Positions 46,441 to 59,509 of a stretch of 64,000 nt of DNA are shown piece by piece. How positions within the stretch are numbered: the first letter of the stretch is position 1; every line of letters starts with the position of its first letter. A program made the position numbers and the translations under genes. The notes beneath the pieces were generated by a model. The model worked only from the letters and a program-made list of their open reading frames with translations. It searched no databases and was not told the DNA's origin. Source of the stretch: the human T2T-CHM13v2.0 reference genome, Homo sapiens; NCBI RefSeq assembly GCF_009914755.1, contig NC_060931.1; one strand, written 5' to 3'.

Positions 46441-46962
46441 CTCCCACCTGCCCAGAGGGATGTGGCACTGTCACAGTGAGCAGAGGCTCCCAGCAACCCC
46501 GACCACAGAGAGGAAAAGACCCAGCGTGTTCTCCTCCTTCTCCCCCTTCCACATTCTCTGCTCCTCTCCTTCCCGGTCCACTCCACCCCACTCCTCCCTA
46601 CCTCTTCTGCCGTTTTCGTCCCCTTTTTCATTTCTGTCCTCCACTCCTACCAAAATCAAAACAGAGGACAGGCTGCTCGTCACCACCAGGCTGTGGTTCA
46701 GCACACAGTCATGACCCTCGAGACCACATACACCTGTCATGTCTCATGAGGAAAAATGCAGAGACCCTGACCAAGCGGGCCACCGTCGCGGGACATGACC
46801 CTTGAAATCAGTCTACCTCTCAGGCATGCCCTCAGGTGGGCACCAGCTTCACGCGGCCACAGCAGCCATGCAACTGCAAGGGAAGCTGCTGGCCAGTCTG
46901 CTAGCAACCCAGGCTGTGGTGGGGAGGAGACCAAAGGCTGATACTGGATTCAGAGGATATTT

Positions 46963-47086
46963 AGTCACTACTTTTCTTTCCTCGGGACCCAAGGAGCATT
47001 TACAGGGACCTATAAGAGCAAAGAGTCACTTTACTTTTCTTTCCTCGGGACCCAAGGGGCATTTACAGGGACCTATGAGAGCAAAG
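46963..47086. repeat. Tandem duplication, 2 x about 62 bp
   Basis: tacttttctttcctcgggacccaagg.gcatttacagggacctat.agagcaaag occurs twice. Confidence 0.92.
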
Positions 47087-47646
47087 TGCAGTCTCCTTTC
47101 AAGGAAAAGTAAGAAGAGTAAATGAGTAAGAAATTGCAAGGGTTGCCCTTACATAGTTGCCCAACTCATTGCTTGAATTAAACAAAAAAGTATTTTGTTT
47201 AAACTATGTCATCCATGCACCTACTGGGTTATGGTAGGACAAAGATCCTACCAAGAACTTCCAAGGCTTGTTTAGTTCTTGTATTTGTTCTAATATTTAT
47301 TCTCCTTGTGACTGCTGACTAATATGCACCATCCCGTGCATGCCTCTGATGTACTAGGCAAGGGCTGAGCGTTCTGCAGGGACTAACGCATTTACATCTG
47401 AACAACAGCCCAATGAAGCAGGTTTAACTAAGCTCCTTGTTTAATGGGTGAGGCAGCAGACGATTAGAGAGGATAAATAACTGTTCTGAGAACTCGCAGG
47501 AGGTAAGCATAGGAGTACTACCTGGGAGTTAACTGAGCCCAGCGCCTCTGCTCTTAACCATGAAGCTCCAAGCCTCACAGGCACTGCACACAAGCTCCTT
47601 AGAAAGATTGCCCACCCCAGAGAGGCGGCAGGAAGCTGGGCCTTAC

Positions 47647-50337
47647 CAGTTGTGATCAGATAGGCATCGGGGACTGTGATATCACAAACATATGGCGGCT
47701 TGGCAGTAGCCAGTGTTGGTGTGTCGACTGTTGCTTCGAGAGTGAAGGCAGTCACGGGACGCAGGGATGGCAGGGGAGGAGCAGCACTACTCTCTGGGGG
47801 GCTCTGACTTGCGGCGTCACCCATCAGGGTGGAGTCGAGGGGACCACCAGTGGCAGCACCGGTGCTGGTTGTGCTCACTTCCGTGGAGGTGTTCAGTGGC
47901 ACCTCTGTGGGTGTGAGTGATGGGCCCACGACGGTCAGCTCTGTGGGCAGAGGGAAGGGGGTTGCTTCAGAAACAAACGAGGATCCTGATGGCAGGTACG
48001 CGTCAGTGATCAACACCGTACCAGTGGGAATGGCTTTGGAGAAAGAGGCCAGGACAGACACGTGACCGTCTAGAGCACTGATTTGGTCGTCAGGAGGTGT
48101 CAGAGTTGAGAACAAAGAAGACTCAGTTAAAATGGGCGTTGTGTGGACAGTGGTCAATGGTGATGTTGCTTGAATCCCGGCAGTCAAAATGTCAAAAGAC
48201 TCAGAGCCGGGGGGCACCAGTGCAGTGACTGCGGATTCATGGGAAATGAGTGAAGACTCAAGATAGGAGGTAGTTTCAATGAAAGCTGAGGTAAAATGAG
48301 CTTCTGAATCCGTCAGTGAAACCGTAGACGCTTCAACAAACTCGAGAGAATCAGAAGGGAAGCTTGACCATGGTGACACCTCAGAACGGCTAGGTAGCAA
48401 CATGATGGTGTTTAAAGGCAGCTCGGAACTTGGCTGGAGCTGCGAAAACTCAAGATTTGTGGAACTGGGAAGAGACAGCTGAGATGACTGCAGATCACTA
48501 GAGTCAAACAATGTAAATGTCTCAACCAAGGGAGAAAAAGACTGAGATGTGAAGGGGGACAAGTCACTCGGCATCAGAGACAGAGACGCAGGTGCTTCCG
48601 AAGGCGAAGAGATGGAGCCGCTGAGTTCCAGCGGGGGTGTTGAGAAAAAGCTGGATGCAAAATCCAAAGCACCTCTGGGTTTATGCTCAGAAAAACTGGA
48701 ACGTTCTTGGTCAGAGAAAAGTGAAGACTCCACTGAAGGAACCAGACTATAAGGCGTAAAAACACTCGGGTCTCTGACGGCAAGCGACGGTGTGTTTTTG
48801 TTTGCTATGACAGAGAAAGATGAGTCAAGGAGAATGCTGGTGATGACCGAGAAAAATGCAGTGGTCACGCTGGATGGCGTCACTTGGGTTTCAGCAACAG
48901 ACAAGGAGCCAGCAGTAGGATCAAGTGACGCCGGCACAGAGAGGCGGCCGTGGGCAGGGGGAACCTGTGTGGTTGTAACACTACTCATATCCACCTCGGC
49001 AGAAATGCCAACACTCGTCTCTGAGATTTCCATGGATCTAGAAGAAAGTGGGACGATAGGTCTGGAGGGGAAAAGCGTATTAAATACTTGAGGATCTTCC
49101 TCAAATTCAGAGAAGTCTGCTACGACGCTACTCATTAGAGAGATGCTGCTTTCTTCCAGCACGGTCATGCACAGAGTCTCGGCACCATCCCCTGATCCCA
49201 CGTCTTTCTCCATGAGGCTCGTGGCCAGAACTTGCTGAGGTGAAGGCACAGTGCAGGCCGCACACCAAGTGTATGGTCTGAATGAGGACACCGGGCTCAG
49301 GATATGAGTGTTGTCCACAGGACCGGGGAGGGCTGAATTGCTATGCAATTCGGATGTTTTGCTGGAGTCGCTAGGGAGAAAGGGGTTAGATGAAACATCA
49401 GTTGGTGAAGCAGAGGACGCAAATGCAAGAGGAGTTGAAAGCAATGGAGAATGTGTCCTGCTGAATGCAAGGGCTGCGTGCGATGCAGTCACAGTGGGGT
49501 ATGTTCTTGGAGAGATGGTTTCTTCTAGGCTTTGACTCAACACAGTGGTCACATCAGTGTATCTGTCTGCACTTGTGGCCCAAACCTCCTCTGGAGGCTG
49601 TGAGACCTCCCCCAAGGAGGGCAACGGTATAGTAATGCCGTCGCCTAACGGCTGTGGCATTAAAGACCGGGAGCTTAAAAAAAGGGTGGTTTCCACACCC
49701 TCTGTTAGGGAAGCCACAATCTCTGGCAGAGTCCTGCTTGATAAATGACTGTAAGCATCAGTAGGATAAAGCACCAAATTCCTGCCAGGAGTTGGAACGA
49801 TGCCCTCAGAGGTGCGAAAAGCTGACCGAAAGGTGTGGAAATGACTGGCGGACTCAGCATATGCCGCTGGTTGTCGCGTTGTGTTCTGCCAGCCCGATGT
49901 CACTTCTTCATCTTGTAAAGAAACCATGGGTAATGATGGAGTGAGCATAGGTTCTAATGCTTCCCTGGGCAGCCCTGGTGGGCTGACTGTGATATACTGT
50001 ATTGGAGAAACCATCCGTGGAGTGGTCCAGTGAGTATCTGGCAGAAAGTTATCCATCTCATCGTCATTGACGGCCACCTCTTTACTCGTCACTGACACGT
50101 AAGTTGCCACAAAGATGCTGGGATCTGCTGTACTTTTGGTCTGTTTTCCTTGGTTAAAAAAGGCTGTATCAAAAGTAGTGGCAGACGGCGGGGCTGTGAC
50201 ATGGAGAGGACTGCTGTGCTGGGAGCCGGGAGCAGTTTCTGTTAAGGCCACTTGTGCAGCGCTGTGCCCAGTGCTTTTCTTCAGCACGAGCTCCATGGAG
50301 TATAAAGAAAGGTTGTGCTGTTCCGGAGAGAGCTCAT
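47647..50337 (-). CDS. KIAA1549: KIAA1549 exon 2 (2691 nt, phase 1-1), Ser/Thr/Pro-rich mucin-like ectodomain
   Basis: 977-aa ORF 47441..50374; acceptor tttcttgatAG|ATGAGCTC, donor ACAACTG|gtaagg. Confidence 0.96.
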
Positions 50338-50899
50338 CTATCAAGAAAATCAGAGCTGGGTTAGTGCAATGCATTGGAAGTCACACAGCTAACGTTTTGT
50401 TTCAGGCATGAGAATTTACTCATTTAACAAACATCCATTCACCATAAATATCCATGAATCACCGTCAGAAGTTAAACAGCTAGCTGGAAACGAGAAATTG
50501 ACAGAATTACCATCAGGACAATATCTGCAAATATTCCTAAACTTGGGCACTGTTTTTACCTAAGCTGTGTATGTGTGGGGGTGGGGAGGGCATATTTACA
50601 GTTTTTCCCACAGAACCGTAGGATACTGGAAACAGAGGGGGCTGTTCAGTCCATTTTCTCTCATTTATGACATGAGTAAAGAAAGGTTTCCAGAAGGTAA
50701 ATAAATCAATTATAAGACCACCCAGACAGAGTGGAACTGGAATCTGAATATAAGGCTTCCTTGACTCCAAGGCCTGTGTGTTTTCTCTTCAGTGATAGGA
50801 GCTGGCTGCTACGAGAAATGAACATGACAACTCATTGCATCTCTCACTACCCAAGTAAGAGAGTTCCCCAGTTCCTCAGCTGTGCTCCCCAACACAGTT

Positions 50900-51395
50900 G
50901 CTGAGGCTTCCACATGAAGGCCCCAGGCTTCCTGCAGCCTCAGCTTTCACCATTTCCTGCCCCACTCTAGGCCTTCCCAGCTATGCTCTGGCACCTGCAG
51001 TGCCCCAAACCCAAACACTCTCTGGCCTCCATGGCTGTGCACATTCTCACCCCCGCCTGGAATGCCCTTCCCAGCTCTCTACATGGATGGATCCTCTCAC
51101 CCCCGCCTGGAATGCCCTTCCCCAGCTCTCTATATGGATGGCTCCTTCTGGCCCTTCAGATGCAGCACAGATATGAGCTTCATCCTCGATGCTCTGAAGT
51201 TGGATTCGTGCCTCTCCCTAGGCTTCTCCCTGTCCTTATCATGCCCACTGAAATGAACTATCTGATCACTAGATTCTGGGCTTCCTAAGGACAGGCATTG
51301 TTTACCTGTCTCCCCAGTGCCTAGCACAATAAGTGCTAGGAGCTCAATTGACATCACTTGGATTGATGAATGAATGAATGAATGAATGAATGAAA
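50900..51395 (+). mobile_element. L2 3' end ending in (GAAT)n, containing a 2 x 50 bp tandem duplication (51045-51145)
   Basis: ctccccagtgcctagcacaataagtgc...tgaatgaatgaatg. Confidence 0.7.
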
Positions 51396-52302
51396 TCCAA
51401 GGATACCAAGTTCTGACAACAAAAGCCAACATTATCCCATCATCCATTCAAACTTTTGTATTCCTTAACTTGTGACTGCTGTCATTATCATTTAGTAAGT
51501 TGAGGCCTCTCCACCGATAATTCAGGTATGACATAGCCTAGAGAAAAAGGACAAGTGATGGCCCAGCCACTGATGAAAGCCCAGGGCCCAGGGACTGTCC
51601 TCTGCAGCCCAGGCTGAGAACTGAGCAACTATCAAAATGCATAACAACACCTCGTTTCTCTAATCCCAACAGTCTATCAGAACATACCTGTGTGAAATGG
51701 TATAAGGACAGTCTTGAATTTACTCTATTTTTTTAAGTAAGTCATTTCTATTCTGTTTCTAGCAACATGGCAGACTAGAGATCTTGAAACTGTCTACTTC
51801 AGAACATTTAAGATTGCTTAATAAATGTTTAAAAACCATCTTCTAAGTGACTGGATGGCCTGCAAGACAGTAAGGGGAACGTGCTGAATCCAGGAATAAA
51901 ACAGGAGCTGCTCAAGGGCAGTGACTGGGGACCCAAGGCAGGTACTGGACCAGCTGGCCTGTTGTTTAGGCCACAACGGAGATGAGGGACAAGTGTTAGC
52001 CTAGATAAGGAAAGAACCCAACTGAAGACCATTTTCCAAAAGTGGAGGCCCAGGAAGTGTCATAATCTCAGGGAAAGAGTGAATTAGGAAGAAAAATATC
52101 CACTTTTCAGAAGACAGCAAAAACAGGCATCGGTTTCTAATAGTGTCTGACTTGAGAACACCTTGGACTGACTTTCCCTTTTCCCTGTTGAACTCTCCTC
52201 AGTCTCTCACTTCTGTTCCTCAGGATCATGTCCTAGAATAAAATATGCACATAAACCCACGTCTCAGACTTTGCTTTCTGGCGGAAAACCCAGGTTAAGA
52301 CA

Positions 52303-53025
52303 CTGCTATGGCTTATGTATTACGTGCTCCCAATATTCCTATGTTGAAATCCCAGGACCTCACAATATGACCATATTCGGAAACAGGGTCAGTGTAGATG
52401 TAATTAGCTGAGATGCGGTCATACTGAAGTAGGGTGGGTCCCTCATCTAATATACTGGTGACCGTATAAAAGATGGAAATTTGGGCCAGGCGCGGTGGCT
52501 CAGGCCTGTAATCCCAGCACTTTGGAAGGCCGAGGAGGGCGGATCATGAGGTCAGGAGTTCGAGTCCAGCCTGGCCAACGTGGCAAAACCCCATCTCCAC
52601 TAAAAATACAAAAATTAGCCGGGTATGGTGGCACACACCTGTCATCCCAGCTACTCAGGAGGCTGAGGCAGGAGAATCGCTTGAACCCAGGAGGCGGAGG
52701 GTTCAGAGAGCCGTGATTGCACCACTGCACTCCAGCCTGGGAGACAAAGTGAGACTCCGTCTCAAAAAAAAATAAAAATAAAAAAAGGCAGAAATTTGGA
52801 CACAGACATACACAGAAGGAGAACACCATGTGAAGATGAAGGCAGAGAGCATGATGATGCGTCTACAAGTCAAGGAACAGCAAAGATTGACAGCAAATCA
52901 CCAGCAGCTAGGGGACAGCCCTGAAGCAGATTCTCCCTCACAGGCTTCAGAAGGAAGCCACCCTTGAACTTGGACTTCTAGCCTCCAGAACGGTGAGACA
53001 ATCAATTTCTGCTGTTTAAGCCAAA
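52303..53025 (+). mobile_element. MLT1-type LTR interrupted by an Alu (52484-52787)
   Basis: atgttgaaatcccaggacctc...gaagatgaaggcagag...ttggacttctagcctccagaacggtgagacaatcaatttctgctgtttaagcc. Confidence 0.82.
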
Positions 53026-53249
53026 CAAGGGAAAAGTATATGTCTCAGCTCTGACTTTGTATAGCTATTGTACGAAACGTCATCCCGAGTGTGGAACCTA
53101 TACTACTTGTATAGTCCTAACAACTGTATGCTTAGAGTCATAATTTAAAGTGGACCAGGTCTCCAGCGCCTGTCAGAAACTAACATAAATCACACCCAGA
53201 AGAACATATTCACAGTCTGGTTTCAAAGTATTCCTGCAGCTAGAGTTGC

Positions 53250-54600
<1,351 letters not shown>

Positions 54601-55076
54601 CATATTATATGGAATTAAAAGTTATGCATAGAAGCTATAAGAGGGACAGCCAGAGGTATTGTTGACTCACTAGCAGAGATGGAGATCAAGAGTTAAGACA
54701 AAATTCTGTGAATAGATTTTTGTTTCTACATACCAAAATTTGTAAATAATATTTAGTGCCATAGATAAAATATTTCTAGCTGGTTCTCCTAGCATCTGAA
54801 AGTCACCAACTTAAACCACATATAAAATGCTTAAAGGGTTATATTCCTTTCTCTATCATATGAATTTTTAAAATGAATAAATAATACAAAGATTTTTTAA
54901 TCGATATTTTAAGTTGTTTCATAGCAATATTATACAGCATTTGTTGTCTTCCATACAACCTGGCTGTAGGATTCCTTGCCTAAGTGCTTGTGTTACTTAC
55001 CTGTCACATCCCAAGCACAGGTAAAAGAAAACACGATACTTATTATGACCACAGTAAAATAGCAGCTGTTCTTTTC

Positions 55077-55108
<32 letters not shown>

Positions 55109-56436
55109 ATGTTCTTTTCTACAATGAAGGCTTACAAGTTATAAACGTAAGAAGTAATAAAATCACGGTTCTGTCAAATTGTGTATCATATAAATCTGAA
55201 TGTTTTCCTAAGGATAAATCATTTTATGTGTCTGTTTTAAAACTGCTATGATATAATTTGCTTTGAAATATTAGATCTGAACAAGGAGCAAATTCCCTTT
55301 TAAAAAAAATCACAACTATATTTGGAAGTGAACCGGAAGACTGCAAGAGATAAAATAACGAAGAAGAGCAACGTTTAGTGGCTAATTTATGAACCTGGGT
55401 ATCTGATGCAAGCTAGAATTAAATCAACTAGGCCTTCTAAGGACAGGGTACGGGGAGGGCAAAGTGGCCAAAGGGACACAAAAATTCTCCTGACTAGAAA
55501 ATGACGGGAACAAAAACTTCGTATTAAGAAATGGAAGGCAAGCCAAGCTGGGATGCTTTTTTTTCTTTCTTTCTCTCTGCCAAGCCCCAGGAGGGACAAA
55601 GCGGCTGCAGTGCCAAAGGGAATCACTTCTGCAGTTAACTCAGGAGGAGACTAGAAAACCCAGGCGAGTCTCTCTCACAGCATGAAAGGCGTCAGGGACT
55701 CTAATTTCAAGCCCTGGAGATCAATTTTCAAGCTCTAAAGCATAGGTTCACAAAAGAGAGAAAGGTTCTCTCTTGGATGACAGAGAAAGGAAAGGGGTTG
55801 GGGTGAGACGGGTGCTTCTCAGACTGTGACACCCGCCTGAATGACGCTGGACCCCGGACTCCTGCACCGCTCCCAGCTGACCCGGGCCTGCCACCCACTC
55901 CAAGTAGCCAGCGCTGAGGCCTTTTCTCCATTTAGGCAACAAACCCTTGTTCACTGGGAGCCTACCAGGCACCTGCACCTCGCCCTGGCCAGGTTCTGGC
56001 CATGCTGGACGTCACAGCGGGAAACTGCCCTGCGCTCCCACCACCAGGCCACACCAATTCCATGATGATACAGTAGTGAGGAAGATGCCCAGCTGTCTCC
56101 AACACTTGTCTGTCTCAGACTCTCACAAGCAAGACGAAGTGGTACCCTTACATTTTTTTTTTAAGTCATGTTTTTCTATCTGGAAATCTTCCTGAACCAT
56201 AGTAGTCAATCATGGAATCATGTACTTTTCAAGCTTAATAGATCCTTTAAGACCTAGGCCAATCCCTCATGGTGCAAATAAAGCTCAAAATAGCACCCGC
56301 AGGGCCAACACAGAAAGAAACAGGTTCCTGCCTTCCCAGGGGCTGAAGGCTCTTCATACCACAGCGTGTTTTGTCAAATCAAGCCACCAAATTAAAGTTG
56401 TTGGCAAGGAAATTTAGTTAAAAAACATGCTAAATG

Positions 56437-56772
<336 letters not shown>

Positions 56773-57174
56773 TTAGAGTACAATTGAGTTGAAAGCACTT
56801 GCTAAATTCTGTTACTAAAACTTATGGGCAGGCACACGTTTTGGACTCTGAAGCCCCGCAGTCCACCTGGGGACAGCTCACAACTGCAGGCACAGACGCT
56901 GGGAAAATACCTCCTCCTCTGAGGGCTGGCCTGGGAGGCCCAAGGGACAGCAGTATCAAGTGTCTCTAAAGAGCTTTCATCCAGACAGAAACATTACTTT
57001 TGCTTCTTTGCTAAATTGTGGAGTTTCTAAAACATGATGAGTCATCTCAAGTCTCTGTGGCTATGAAATCTACTACAAAACAAGGGCTCCTGGCCCCCAG
57101 GATTTCTAAGAGTTTACCAACAAAAGCAGTTGATCATTAAACCACTCCCCAACTTCGCAATCTCCAGCAACTTT

Positions 57175-57485
57175 TTCCTTTTTCTTTTTCTTTTTCTTTT
57201 TTTTTGAGACAGGTTTTGTTGTGTCAGCCAGGCTGGAGTGCAGAGGTGCAATCTCGGCTCACTGAAATCTCTGCCTCTTAGGTTCACGCGACTTGTGCCT
57301 CAGCCTCCAGAGCAGCTGGGATTCCAGGCGCCCACCACCACACCAAACCACTTTTTGTATTTTTAGTAGACATGGGGTTTCACCATGTTGGCCAGACTGG
57401 CCTCAAACTCCCGACCTCAAGTGATCCGTCTGTCTCGGTCTCCCAAAGTGCTGGGATTACAGGCATGAGCCACTGCACCTGGCCA
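57175..57485 (-). mobile_element. Alu (S-type)
   Basis: Antisense Alu consensus. Confidence 0.88.
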
Positions 57486-58258
57486 ACTTTTTATTCTTCT
57501 TCTAGTTCTCAGGTTGTCCTAGGCAGATTTTTAGTGCCGTTACAAAAACCATCCTTTCCCCTTCTCCATGTTCCATTTATCTTCCTGGTTTAGAAAAAAG
57601 TGTCTTCCCCTTGTTTCTCCACCGCAAAATGTACACCAATATCTTCTACCAAGTTACCTCTCCAACTGGTACTGGTTTTATTATCAAATATTAAGTAGAT
57701 AATACTATTTATAAATATATATATATGTTATGAAAATAATACAAGGAACACTTGAGTACCGATCACCCAGTTTAAGAAAAGTACTACCCTTACCAGTGAT
57801 GCTCCCAGTGTAACCCTTCCCAACTCCCTTCCTTCCCACTGAGGTAGCCACTATTTTAAATTAGGCATTTCTCAAATCCATGCTATTCTTTATAGTCTGA
57901 CTACATGTATGTAGCCCTAAAGAATATATTCTTCAGCTTTGTATGTTCTTAAACTTTATCAAAATGGAATCACATTGTACATAATCTACTGCAACTTATT
58001 TCTCTCCGTATTGGTTTTCTAATCTATGTCCTTTTTTGTACATAATTTTTTCATTTTCACTTCAACATGAATTCCACCATATGAATAGACCAAAATTTAT
58101 CCATCTACAGTGGATGGAGATTTGGACTACTGCCAATGTTTGTTATTACAAACATTTCTGATACGAACTTTCCTACCTGTTTTCTGGTGCACATATTTAA
58201 AGTGTGTGTTATGTACATGTGTAGATATGTATATATGTGTATGCATAAGAATGCAACT

Positions 58259-58566
<308 letters not shown>

Positions 58567-58764
58567 TCAGAGGATATGTTCACCTGTAACTTCACTAAAT
58601 TTCTCAAAGTCGTTGAACCAATCTGTGTTTCCATGAGCAATATATGAGAGCTTGATGGCCGCAAATCCTCACTATGACTTGATAGCCCTAGATGTCCACA
58701 TGTTTACCAATCTGGCTGGTGTGAAACCTTGTGGTTTTAATTTGCATTTCCCTGATTAAAATAG

Positions 58765-59505
<741 letters not shown>

Positions 59506-59509
59506 TAAA

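Noticed and set aside
46197-46631. 144-aa ORF sharing EDPDGRY.SVINT.PVGMALE with ORF 47829..48065
   Set aside because: Both are antisense-frame readings of the inverted duplicate; this is evidence for the repeat, not for a protein
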